This document shows, one piece after another, positions 38,567 through 47,530 of a stretch of DNA of 61,706 nucleotides. The stretch is from Candidatus Omnitrophota bacterium (GTDB lineage Bacteria; Omnitrophota; Gorgyraeia; Gorgyraeales; Gorgyraeaceae): NCBI GenBank assembly GCA_042571405.1, contig JBHPHU010000005.1, positions 1 to 61,706 of the forward strand. The letters run 5' to 3'. Made by a program: the position numbers and the translations under genes. The notes below the pieces were generated by a model, which saw nothing but the letters and a program-made list of their open reading frames with translations, had not been told where the DNA came from and searched no databases. Every line of letters starts with the position of its first letter. Positions within the stretch are counted from its first letter, which is position 1.

Positions 38567-39514
38567 TTACGATCTTTTTTCTATATAAAATAACGGGCGT
38601 TTGCGTGATTCGTCTAAATTACGCCAGAGATATTCCCCTATTATGCCAAGCATTATCATTTGGATGCCCCCTAGAACTAATACCACCAGCATTACGAGCG
38701 ACCAGCTTTCTATAGGACTATTTGTAATTACTTTCAGCGCTATATATAAAATACCTGAAGCCAAGATAAATAATCCTGTGATACACATTAAGATCAATGG
38801 TGATCCTGAAAAACCTATTAACCAGTCTTTTGCAAGGCCTATGTGAGTTTTGAAACTCCATTTTGATTTGCCGGACATTCGAGTACGGCGTTCATATTCT
38901 ACAGAGTCCTGGCTGAAACCAAGCCATGTTATAAGACCTAACAGTGAAGTGTTGCGCTCCGTACACTCATTGAGCGCGTTTACAGCAGTTTTATCCAATA
39001 AACAGAAATCAGCTTTGGATATATCGATATTGGTTTTACCCGTACCTCCTAACCATGCCAGGATTTTATAGAAGAGTTCAGCTTTTTTTCTGGTATTGAA
39101 TGGTTCGTTATGCCTGTCTTTTCGAACCGCCCAGACTACTTTAGCGCCATTGCGCCATTTTTTTAACATATCCTCGAGGCAGGCTGGGTTATCCTGGCCA
39201 TCAGCAGAGATATATAGCACTATGTTGCCGGCAGCTTCTTTTATACCGGCGCGTAATGCAATATGACTGCCGGATCGCTTGCTTAATCTCAGACATTTTA
39301 CCCTCGAGTCGTGCATTCCTTGAACAACGTCAAATAAATCGTCAGAGGAGTGGTCATCCACCACAATGATTTCAAAGCTGTCCTGTACAGATGCGGTGTC
39401 TAGACACCGCATCTGTACAGGGTCCAAGTTTTCTAATGTTGTAAAGAGTTCATTGATAGTAGTTTTGATATTTTTGGCTTCATTGTAAGCGGGGATTACT
39501 ATAGATATATTCAT
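38567..39514 (-). CDS. GT2 polyprenyl-phosphate glycosyltransferase (GtrB/ArnC-like)
   Basis: IVIPAYNE, VDDHSSD, ADGQD, two C-terminal TMs and GIIGEY...RPLF. Confidence 0.88.
   Translation of the reverse strand: MNISIVIPAYNEAKNIKTTINELFTTLENLDPVQMRCLDTASVQDSFEIIVVDDHSSDDLFDVVQGMHDSRVKCLRLSKRSGSHIALRAGIKEAAGNIVLYISADGQDNPACLEDMLKKWRNGAKVVWAVRKDRHNEPFNTRKKAELFYKILAWLGGTGKTNIDISKADFCLLDKTAVNALNECTERNTSLLGLITWLGFSQDSVEYERRTRMSGKSKWSFKTHIGLAKDWLIGFSGSPLILMCITGLFILASGILYIALKVITNSPIESWSLVMLVVLVLGGIQMIMLGIIGEYLWRNLDESRKRPLFYIEKRS
39382..39421. repeat. Palindrome family B, perfect 40 bp, in frame in the GT2 gene
   Basis: CCTGTACAGATGCGGTGTCTAGACACCGCATCTGTACAGG; encodes DPVQMRCLDTASVQ. Confidence 0.95.
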
Positions 39515-39515
39515 A

Positions 39516-40169
39516 TTATATTGCCTTTCGCATTACTTTCGCTGGATTACCTGCCGCGATCACGCCTTCTTCGATATTAGAGATAACATTTGAGCCTAGC
39601 CCTACCAGGCTCTTTTTTCCAATGGTGATATTTTCGCGTATTTTTACGCCTGAGCCGATATAAGATTCAGGAGCGATAGTGACATTTCCTGAAACTGTTA
39701 CATTGGAACCAATACAGCAGTAATCGCCTATCACGCTATCATGTGAGATAACAGTATTCGGTAATATTATGCAGTGTTTACCTATCTTTACGCCGCAGCT
39801 TATCACGACATTGGGCATCAAGATTGTATTGTGCCCAATCGTTGAGTCGTTAGATACCGTAACAGTAGGGTGGATGATTGTTGCGAAGCTGGAATCCGCT
39901 ATATCTAAACTTTCAATGATATCCTTGCGTTTTAAATAACTATCAGGATTGCCTGGGGCCGCAAGAATCTGAGCGTCCGGGAATTTTTTAAGGATTTCTC
40001 TGCCGCCCAAGACTTTTATTCCAGAGCAGTCTTTTCCCCATGTTAAAGGGTTGTCATCAATAAAACCCATGATCTTCCATTGTTCTTCAATTCTGTTGAT
40101 AGCCAGAATGGAGAGGAGGGATTCTCTTGTGTTGCCGCCAAAAGGAAATAGGATAATTTTCTTTAACAT
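39516..40169 (-). CDS. Sugar acetyltransferase (NeuD/PglD family, hexapeptide repeats)
   Basis: GFIDD, IIHP, SHD, left-handed beta-helix repeats and GNPAK. Confidence 0.88.
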   Translation of the reverse strand: MLKKIILFPFGGNTRESLLSILAINRIEEQWKIMGFIDDNPLTWGKDCSGIKVLGGREILKKFPDAQILAAPGNPDSYLKRKDIIESLDIADSSFATIIHPTVTVSNDSTIGHNTILMPNVVISCGVKIGKHCIILPNTVISHDSVIGDYCCIGSNVTVSGNVTIAPESYIGSGVKIRENITIGKKSLVGLGSNVISNIEEGVIAAGNPAKVMRKAI

Positions 40170-40182
40170 AGGAAATTATATT

Positions 40183-40247
40183 GATCCGCCAAAAAGCATG
40201 GCGAGATCTGCGCAAAATCTAGCCTTCGGCTGGATTTTGCTCGACAT
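40183..40247 (+). repeat. Double-hairpin element family C
   Basis: 62/65 nt identical to 52283-52347; supplies the last codons and TAG of the aminotransferase gene on the - strand. Confidence 0.92.
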
Positions 40248-41388
40248 TTTTTATTACATCTATAATTTTTTCAACCTGCTCGTATTTAATTTCATAAAAG
40301 AGAGGCAGAAGGATAACTGTATCTCTGGCTAATTCAGAATTATGCAGTGTTATATTAGAGGCATAAGCTGGTTCCTGATGGATATTCATAATACCTCTGC
40401 GCGTTGAAATACCAGCATCCAGTAAATACTGCATGAGCTTATCACGTTTCATGGGAGAATTGTCCAGCAGTCTTGCAGGATAACTTTGCCAATTGGTCCT
40501 GCAGTAGAGCGGCTCATGAGGTAATTTCAACCAGCTGACATCTTTTAATCCCTCAGCGTAAAGATTAGCCAACTCTTTTCGTTTAGACAGGATCTCAGGT
40601 AACCTCTTTAACTGCACAATACCTATCGCCGCCTGTATGTCAGACATGCGGTAATTATAACCTGGCGTAATATACTCTTCAAATATGACCTTTTTCGCGC
40701 TATGTCTTAATAAGTCTGATATATTCATGCCGTGATGTCTGAGCAGGCGAATTTTTTTATCATAGTCGGGATTATTAGTAGTGATCATTCCGCCTTCACC
40801 TGTAGTAATTACTTTGCGTGGATGAAAACTGAAGCATGCAATGTCACCATGCGGTCTGCCGATTTTTTCCAATGTTTTTTTGTTGTCTATCGAGATCTCG
40901 CTGCCAGCCGCGCATGCGGCGTCTTCAATAACAGGGAGGTTGAATTTACACGCAAGGGCTAAAATGGGTTTTAGATCGCAAGGCATTCCCATTTGATGGA
41001 CAGGCATTATTGCGGCTACATTGCGAGTTCCGCAGTTCTCACGCAGGCATTTTTCAAGAGAAGCAGGGGACATGTTAAAGGTATCGATATCTATGTCAAC
41101 AAAAACTGGTTCTGCATTGCAATGCCTTATGCTGTTGGCTGTTGCGATGAAAGAATGGCTTACTGTTATTACGGCATCTCCTGGCTTTACTCCAGCGGCA
41201 ATAAGCGCTAAATGTAACGCAGATGTACAGCTGGAAACAGCGCAGGCATACTTTGAACCAACATAGGACGCAAAGGTCTCTTCAAATTCTTTAACCTTTG
41301 GCCCCTGAGTCACCCAGGCGGAAAGTATTGTTTCTCTTGCGGCAGCAGCTTCTTCTTCTCCAAGAAATGGTTTAGCGAAATCTATCAT
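40219..41388 (-). CDS. DegT/DnrJ/EryC1/StrS sugar aminotransferase
   Basis: SSCTSALH, IEDAACA, FSFHPRKVITTGEGG and GYNYRMSD motifs. Confidence 0.93.
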   Translation of the reverse strand: MIDFAKPFLGEEEAAAARETILSAWVTQGPKVKEFEETFASYVGSKYACAVSSCTSALHLALIAAGVKPGDAVITVSHSFIATANSIRHCNAEPVFVDIDIDTFNMSPASLEKCLRENCGTRNVAAIMPVHQMGMPCDLKPILALACKFNLPVIEDAACAAGSEISIDNKKTLEKIGRPHGDIACFSFHPRKVITTGEGGMITTNNPDYDKKIRLLRHHGMNISDLLRHSAKKVIFEEYITPGYNYRMSDIQAAIGIVQLKRLPEILSKRKELANLYAEGLKDVSWLKLPHEPLYCRTNWQSYPARLLDNSPMKRDKLMQYLLDAGISTRRGIMNIHQEPAYASNITLHNSELARDTVILLPLFYEIKYEQVEKIIDVIKNVEQNPAEG

Positions 41389-41407
41389 AGGGTGTTTCCA
41401 ATGTTTG

Positions 41408-42448
41408 TTATTCCCAATTAATGCCTTTTTCTTGCCCGAGTAATACTAGAGGTGGCTCCGGCCTTGATTTAAACCACTCGATTGTTTTAATAAGCCCTTG
41501 TTCAAATGAAACCTCAGGCTGCCACTCTGTTATCTTTCTGAACGCGCTTGTATCCGCAAATAAACGCAGCACATCCCCGGGTCTATTTTTAACATGGTTT
41601 ATGCCCTGTACAGATGCGGTGTCTAGACACCGCATCTGTACAGGGTCTTGGGCATTGATTATATTTAAAATCATTTCTGCTACTTGTTTGATCGAGATTT
41701 CAAAGTCGCTTCCCATATTAAGCGTAAGTCCGATCGCTTCATCGTGTTTTGCCGCTTTGATAAAGCCATTTGCAGTATCTTCTACGAAAGTATAGTCACG
41801 CGTTTGAGAGCCATCTCCAAAAATAATAATAGGTTCTTTGTTGAGGGACCTGACAATAGACTTAGGTATTATTTCTCCCGCATCTCCTTCATGATGCGAT
41901 CGCGGCCCATAAACGTTAAAAGGCCGCATAACTACGGTTTTCAGTCCATAGGTTTTGTGATATGCGCGCGTGTATGCTTCACCTGCCAGTTTGCTTGCCC
42001 CGTATACAGTAGAGGGGTGGGTCGGGTGTGATTCTGACATGGGGACATAATGCGCAGTTCCGTAGACCTCAGAAGAAGAGGAGTGGATGAATTTTTTAAC
42101 TCCAGCCTTGAGAGCCTCTTGTAAGACCATAAGGGTTCCTTCGGCATTAACGCAATGGCTCTCAAAGGGATGTTTGATCGAATGGCGGACCCCCAGGCAC
42201 GCAAGGTGAAAAACAATATCTATATCTTTCATGGCCTTGATTATCTCAGGCGACTCAGTAATACTCCCTAAAATAAATTCAAAGCAGTTGTTGTTTCTAT
42301 GATGGTCTAAATTTCCAAGTTTACCATTACGCAGGTTGTCAATAACACGGACATAACAACCTTCTTTGACCAGAGTGTCTACTAAATGTGAACCAATAAA
42401 GCCAGCGCCGCCAGTAACTAAAACTTTTTTACCTGATAGCTCCATCAT
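41408..42448 (-). CDS. NAD-dependent sugar epimerase/dehydratase (extended SDR)
   Basis: TGGAGFIG, SSSEVYG, YGASK, RPFNVYGP and GDGSQTRD motifs. Confidence 0.92.
   Translation of the reverse strand: MMELSGKKVLVTGGAGFIGSHLVDTLVKEGCYVRVIDNLRNGKLGNLDHHRNNNCFEFILGSITESPEIIKAMKDIDIVFHLACLGVRHSIKHPFESHCVNAEGTLMVLQEALKAGVKKFIHSSSSEVYGTAHYVPMSESHPTHPSTVYGASKLAGEAYTRAYHKTYGLKTVVMRPFNVYGPRSHHEGDAGEIIPKSIVRSLNKEPIIIFGDGSQTRDYTFVEDTANGFIKAAKHDEAIGLTLNMGSDFEISIKQVAEMILNIINAQDPVQMRCLDTASVQGINHVKNRPGDVLRLFADTSAFRKITEWQPEVSFEQGLIKTIEWFKSRPEPPLVLLGQEKGINWE
41604..41645. repeat. Palindrome family B, perfect 42 bp, in frame in the epimerase gene
   Basis: 41605-41647 is identical to 39382-39424; encodes DPVQMRCLDTASVQ. 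Confidence 0.95.
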
Positions 42449-43449
42449 AGTTTAACCAAAGCGCCTTTATTCTTTAATGATTTATCCACTGCTTCTAGTA
42501 TTCTTACTATTCTTAGGCCGGCATGGCCGTCATTGATCGGGATTTTGTTATTCAAGATGCAGTCCATGAAATATTCTGATTCGGATTTCAGAGCCTCTGC
42601 AGTGTCTATGCGCGGTGACCACATATCCCCGGAACGATATTCGACAAGTAGGTCGTATATTCCTTCCGTACTTTCAATCTTTACGCCCTTGTCATATACC
42701 TTGATTTTTTCATCTGTCTCCAGATCATTCCAGACCAGCATTTGCTTATCTCCGCCAATCATGGTAGTCCTGATCTTGACCGGCGATAGCCAATTTATGT
42801 TAAAATGAGCTATCATGTTGCTGTTAAAATGGGCTGTAATGTATGCGATATTTTCCAAGCCTCGGCTAAAATGTCCTGCGCCGATAGCTGATATAGCAGC
42901 AGGCTTTTCTTTTAAGACGTAATCCATTATGGATAGGTCGTGAGGGGCAAGATCCCAGATCACATTTATATCATGCTGAAAAAGCCCCATATTTATCCTG
43001 GTAGAATCATAGTAATATAGGTCGCCCAATATATTCTTATCTACCAGTTCCTTGATTTTTCTGACAGCGCCGGTAAAGAGGAAGGTGTGGTCGACCATGA
43101 TCTTTAGGTTGTTTTTATCAGCCAATTCTATTAGTTGTTCCGCCTCATTTGTAGTTGATGTGAATGGCTTTTCTACAAAAATATGTTTTCCGTTTTCAAG
43201 CGCTTCTTTAGCTAATGCAAAATGGGTGGAGACCGGCGTAACAATAGCTACGACATCAATATCTTTAGATTTTGTTACATCACTATGATTGGTAGAAGTT
43301 TTTAGATAAGGATAAGCCTCTTTGGATCGTTCTAAGGCCTTAGGGCTAACATCGCAGACCGAAACAACCTTTACGTCTTTGATAGAGCTAAAGTTACGAA
43401 CAATATTCGGTCCCCAGTAGCCATAGCCTAATATACCAACATTGAGCAT
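42445..43449 (-). CDS. Gfo/Idh/MocA oxidoreductase (sugar dehydrogenase)
   Basis: GYGYWGPN, HIFVEKP and WDLAPHD; ATG 43449 with GGAAAGG RBS. Confidence 0.9.
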   Translation of the reverse strand: MLNVGILGYGYWGPNIVRNFSSIKDVKVVSVCDVSPKALERSKEAYPYLKTSTNHSDVTKSKDIDVVAIVTPVSTHFALAKEALENGKHIFVEKPFTSTTNEAEQLIELADKNNLKIMVDHTFLFTGAVRKIKELVDKNILGDLYYYDSTRINMGLFQHDINVIWDLAPHDLSIMDYVLKEKPAAISAIGAGHFSRGLENIAYITAHFNSNMIAHFNINWLSPVKIRTTMIGGDKQMLVWNDLETDEKIKVYDKGVKIESTEGIYDLLVEYRSGDMWSPRIDTAEALKSESEYFMDCILNNKIPINDGHAGLRIVRILEAVDKSLKNKGALVKL

Positions 43450-43479
43450 AATATTACCTTTCCAAATTGTTCTCAACCC

Positions 43480-43508
43480 ATTTTATCGGAAACCCTTAGA
43501 ATAATCAA
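43480..43508 (-). promoter_or_regulatory. Sigma70-type promoter of the - strand cassette
   Basis: TTGATT-17 bp-TAAAAT on the - strand, about 30 nt upstream of ATG 43449. Confidence 0.55.
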
Positions 43509-43540
43509 CTAAATTAGTAATCTATGCTATTACGGCTTAG

Positions 43541-43578
43541 TAGTAGGGGACCCTTAAGGGTCCCCTACATTGTGGATA
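43541..43578 (+). repeat. 38-bp direct repeat copy 2
   Basis: Identical to 35384-35421; 12 bp from the comM stop; runs into TGTGGATAA (43571-43579). Confidence 0.92.
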
Positions 43579-43590
43579 ACTGTTTTATGT

Positions 43591-45111
43591 CTATGTTTTA
43601 TCTAGGCTTCTTAGTTGTATAGCCTCAGAGACGTGATTTGCTTCAATATGGGGTTTGTCTTCCAGGTCAGCTATGGTTCTTGAGATTTTCAGGATCTTGT
43701 CGTAGCATCTTGCGCTGAAGCCTAGTTCTGTTATTGCTTGTTTGAGGAGATTTTGTGAAGTTTCGTCTAGTTTGCAGTATGTTCTTATAAGCTTATGAGA
43801 CATTTGGGAATTTGCGAAGATGCCATGAGCTTTAAATCTACAGAGTTGTATTTTTCTTGCGGCTTCAACTCTTTCTTTTATTGCTTCTGACTTTTCGCTA
43901 CAGGTCTCGTCTGAGAGTTCTTTATATCTGAGAGGAGGGACCTCTATATGAATATCGATCCTGTCCAAGAGCGGTCCTGAGATCCTTGACATATATTTCT
44001 GTATTCTTGGAGACGCGCAAATACATTCTTTTTTAGGGTCAGTCAGAAAACCGCACGGGCATGGGTTCATCGAAGCTACAAGAGTAAACTTGGATGGGAA
44101 TTTCATTGTAGCGCTTACCCTGGAGATAGTTACATAGCCGTCTTCAAGAGGCTGTCGCAGTGCTTCCAGGACATTCCTGTGAAATTCAGGCAGTTCGTCC
44201 ATGAAAAGCACGCCGTTATGCGCCAGGCTCACTTCGCCTGGCTTTGGCGCGCTCCCACCGCCTACAAGTGACGAATCAGAGGAGGTGTGATGCGGCGTTC
44301 TGAAGGGCCTTGTGTTTATCATAGCCTTTTTTGTTGGGACAAGGCCGCATATGCTGTATATTTTTGTAGTCTCGATAGCTTCTTCAAGCGTCATATCAGG
44401 CATGATCGTGGGCAGTCTTTTAGCGAGCATTGTCTTACCGCTGCCAGGAGGCCCTATCATGATTATATTGTGACCTCCTGCTGCGGCGATCTCCATGGCC
44501 CTCTTTGCGTAGACCTGGCCTTTTACGTCTGAGAAATCAACTTCATAGTCATGTTTTTTATTTAGATGAGTCTGCGCGGTATAAGGTAAGGGAGAAAGAG
44601 AATTTCTGTCTTTTATGAAATTGCATACGTTATTGAGCTTGTCTACGGGATAGACTTCCAGGCCTTCCACTACACTGGCTTCATATGCGTTTTCTTCAGG
44701 CAGGATCAGTTTTTTATGTGAGTTTTTCAAAGAAATCGCAATAGGCAGGACCCCCTTTACGGGTCTTATCCTGCCGTTCAGGGCAAGCTCTCCTAGAAAT
44801 ACAAAATCCTTTATGTCCTTATAAGCTATCTGTTCGGATGCAACAAGTACGCCTATTGCTATAGGAAGGTCAAAGCACGGACCTTCTTTTTTTATGTTGC
44901 ATGGCGCGAGATTTACCGTTATCTTTTTAGAAGGGTAAATGAAATGGCTGTTTTTTATGGCTGAGCGCACCCTGTCCCTGGATTCACGTATAGCAGTATC
45001 AGGAAGACCTACAATAGTCACTTGTGGCAGCCCGCTAGCTATATCTACTTCAACCTCGATTTCCTTTGCTTCAATTCCAATAGTGGTTGCTGAAAACACC
45101 TTTGATAACAT
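43591..45111 (-). CDS. comM: ComM/YifB Mg-chelatase-like AAA+ ATPase
   Basis: [37 protein letters not shown] and NPCPCG motifs. Confidence 0.95.
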   Translation of the reverse strand: MLSKVFSATTIGIEAKEIEVEVDIASGLPQVTIVGLPDTAIRESRDRVRSAIKNSHFIYPSKKITVNLAPCNIKKEGPCFDLPIAIGVLVASEQIAYKDIKDFVFLGELALNGRIRPVKGVLPIAISLKNSHKKLILPEENAYEASVVEGLEVYPVDKLNNVCNFIKDRNSLSPLPYTAQTHLNKKHDYEVDFSDVKGQVYAKRAMEIAAAGGHNIIMIGPPGSGKTMLAKRLPTIMPDMTLEEAIETTKIYSICGLVPTKKAMINTRPFRTPHHTSSDSSLVGGGSAPKPGEVSLAHNGVLFMDELPEFHRNVLEALRQPLEDGYVTISRVSATMKFPSKFTLVASMNPCPCGFLTDPKKECICASPRIQKYMSRISGPLLDRIDIHIEVPPLRYKELSDETCSEKSEAIKERVEAARKIQLCRFKAHGIFANSQMSHKLIRTYCKLDETSQNLLKQAITELGFSARCYDKILKISRTIADLEDKPHIEANHVSEAIQLRSLDKT

Positions 45112-45201
45112 AATAAATACCCCCCTTTACATAATAAGACACATTATCTTGCCCCTTTTCTTTCAATTTTTTCAAGAATATCAGATTTTATGCTGGTCCC
45201 C

Positions 45202-45230
45202 TTGACAATCCCTATATCGTAATGTATACT
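45202..45230 (+). promoter_or_regulatory. Near-consensus sigma70 promoter
   Basis: TTGACA-17 bp-TATACT; AGGAGG at 45247. Confidence 0.75.
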
Positions 45231-45265
45231 TCATTATAAATTAGACAGGAGGATTATACTTTATT

Positions 45266-46129
45266 ATGAAGAAACTTTGTATTTTATATTCTTTATTGAT
45301 TACAGCAATATTTGCTGGTAACAGTGGGGTTATCTTTGCTGCAACTGTGGGTAACTCTATGGATCTTGATCTTCCTAAGACTTCTGCTGTATTGCGACAG
45401 CAGGTTATAGACCAGACCCTTAATGAATGTGAACAAAAGGTGAAGATAAAGTCAGCATTGGACCTGGAGTTTCTCTTTGATAAAGATCTGGAGTCAAGCG
45501 CTGAGATAGGAAAAGCTGAATTAAAAGGCCAGTGGTATATGGCAAAATTGGCTGTGACTGTTTTTGATAAAGTAGAGCCATATGTCAAGATAGGTACTTC
45601 AAATCTAGAGGTAAAATGGAAATTGAATGAAGGGGAAAATATAGAAGTGGATGCTGATCAGGGTCTTGCCTGGGGTTTTGGTTTAAAAGGAGTCATATGG
45701 GACTTTGATGAATGGGGTGTTCGCTTGACAGGTGATACTCAATATAGGGTCACAGAACCTTCTGACATAGAATCTATTATGTTTAGGGGTGACAGCATAA
45801 GTGATCCCGGAGCAGATTTTAAAGTGGAAGAATGGCAGCTTTCACTCGCGTTGAGTAAGAAGTTCGAGCTGCCGCTTAAAATGCAGAGTTTCTACATAGT
45901 GCCTTATACGGGTCTGACTATTTGTGATTCTCTTGTCGACGTGAAATTTAGAGACCCTGGTTACCTTGCTGAACAGTATTCGATTTATGATGCCAACAAT
46001 AAGTCTAATGTTGGTTTTTTTCTTGGATGTGACATTATGCCGACTTTGACGAGCTCATTTATCTATAGCATGGAGCTTAGGCTTATTGATGAGACATCAT
46101 TGACGCTTGGCGGCGCTATGAAATTTTAA
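45266..46129 (+). CDS. Outer-membrane beta-barrel, chlamydial MOMP-like
   Basis: Signal peptide, amphipathic strands, EWQLSLALS..PYTG..ELRLIDE and terminal Phe. Confidence 0.7.
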   Translation: MKKLCILYSLLITAIFAGNSGVIFAATVGNSMDLDLPKTSAVLRQQVIDQTLNECEQKVKIKSALDLEFLFDKDLESSAEIGKAELKGQWYMAKLAVTVFDKVEPYVKIGTSNLEVKWKLNEGENIEVDADQGLAWGFGLKGVIWDFDEWGVRLTGDTQYRVTEPSDIESIMFRGDSISDPGADFKVEEWQLSLALSKKFELPLKMQSFYIVPYTGLTICDSLVDVKFRDPGYLAEQYSIYDANNKSNVGFFLGCDIMPTLTSSFIYSMELRLIDETSLTLGGAMKF

Positions 46130-46147
46130 AATGAAAGAGGTTAAAAG

Positions 46148-46996
46148 ATGAAAAAAATAATACTAATTTCATTTTTCATAATCTATAGCGCTTCATTTGC
46201 GTTGGCAGCAACAGTAGGCGGCCCTGAGATAAATGTTCCGGAGCAGTCTCTGTTTTTAAAGGACCAGGCAATAAAAAATGCCCTTGATAGATTTGATAAG
46301 GAGATGAATATAAAGACGGGTTTGGATATGGAGTTTGTTACCAACAGAGATATCTCATCGTGCCCTACGGATGTTTCCAGCGCTGAGATGGATGGTTTTA
46401 ATTTTATGTTTAAGCTAGCCAATAATTACAAAAATATCCTCGAGCCTTATATAAAGATAGGCACATCCGTTATTGATGTTGAATGGACTCAGTATGGCGG
46501 CGCGGATATCAAGGTGGAGTCAGATATTGGTTTTGTCTGGAACCTGGGTATGAAGGCAAAGTTATGGAAGCTTGAGAATTGCGGCATTGATTTTACAGCG
46601 GACTTACAATACAGGCACACTGGACTGGATTTCTCTAAGGCAAAGTTAGGCGGGTCAACAGCAGCAGCAGCTCGTAAAAACGAGCATTTTACAATAGATG
46701 AGTGGCAGACAGCCTTATTAGCCAGTAAAAAACTTATTTTACCTCTAGGCGCAAATGACCATTATGTTATTCCATATGGCGGCCTGACATATTTAAGATC
46801 GGATATAGATGTTAGTTTCACACAATCTAACACAGGAGTAACTTATTCTTTATATAACGCAGAGAATGAAAATGACTTTGGTGTTGTGCTTGGCTGTGAT
46901 ATAATGCCGTTCTATTTGAGCTACTATCTTTTGAACTTTGAGCTCAGACTTTTGAATGAAACTGCTTTTACTTTTGGCGGCACAATGAAGTTCTAA
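46148..46996 (+). CDS. Outer-membrane beta-barrel, tandem paralog of the upstream gene
   Basis: ATVG start, EPYIKIGTS, EWQTALLAS..PYGG..ELRLLNE and terminal MKF. Confidence 0.7.
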   Translation: MKKIILISFFIIYSASFALAATVGGPEINVPEQSLFLKDQAIKNALDRFDKEMNIKTGLDMEFVTNRDISSCPTDVSSAEMDGFNFMFKLANNYKNILEPYIKIGTSVIDVEWTQYGGADIKVESDIGFVWNLGMKAKLWKLENCGIDFTADLQYRHTGLDFSKAKLGGSTAAAARKNEHFTIDEWQTALLASKKLILPLGANDHYVIPYGGLTYLRSDIDVSFTQSNTGVTYSLYNAENENDFGVVLGCDIMPFYLSYYLLNFELRLLNETAFTFGGTMKF

Positions 46997-47017
46997 GCGG
47001 CATCCCAATCTTTTTCC

Positions 47018-47047
47018 TTGCCATAGTTCCTATCTATTATATATAAT
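47018..47047 (+). promoter_or_regulatory. Sigma70-type promoter
   Basis: TTGCCA-18 bp-TATAAT; AGGAGG RBS before GTG 47071. Confidence 0.55.
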
Positions 47048-47070
47048 GTTATACAACTCAGGAGGGTAGC

Positions 47071-47517
47071 GTGGATTTCTTTGTGGACTTAGGAAAGAAT
47101 CAGATGTTTTTGACTGCTTCGCTGGCATGGCTTTTAGCGCAGACTATAAAGGTGGCTATCGGTGTGATACGCGAGAAGAAGTTTAACTTCAGGTGGTTCG
47201 TGGGGGCAGGGGGTATGCCGAGTTCTCATGCCGCTACTGTGGCAGCGCTTGCCTCTTCTGTTGGATTTACTTTTGGTTTTTCGTCGGCATTTTTTGCGTT
47301 CGCGTTTTTCATAGCGCTTATCATAATGTTTGATGCTCAGGGCGTGCGGCGGCAAAGCGGACAGCAGGCAGAGATACTCAATAAGATCATAGAGGATATT
47401 TACTTACAGAAAGGCGTTAAGCAAGATCGCCTTATAGCATTCTTAGGTCATACACCTATACAGGTATTCATAGGCGCTACTCTGGGCATTCTTGTGGCGG
47501 TTTTTTGTTATCGTTAG
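47071..47517 (+). CDS. Divergent PAP2 family protein (DUF212/YuiD)
   Basis: AQ.IK, GGMPSSH, DAQGVRR..G.QA and LGHTP motifs. Confidence 0.92.
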   Translation: MDFFVDLGKNQMFLTASLAWLLAQTIKVAIGVIREKKFNFRWFVGAGGMPSSHAATVAALASSVGFTFGFSSAFFAFAFFIALIIMFDAQGVRRQSGQQAEILNKIIEDIYLQKGVKQDRLIAFLGHTPIQVFIGATLGILVAVFCYR

Positions 47518-47530
47518 AAAGGAGTTAATA

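Noticed and set aside
40051-40332. 93-aa + strand ORF containing DPPKSMARSAQNLAFGWILL
   Set aside because: Antisense to two real genes; it only reflects the open frame of the family C element.
43541-43590. Replication origin suggested by the DnaA box
   Set aside because: A single box in a short gap, with no box cluster or dnaA/dnaN nearby.
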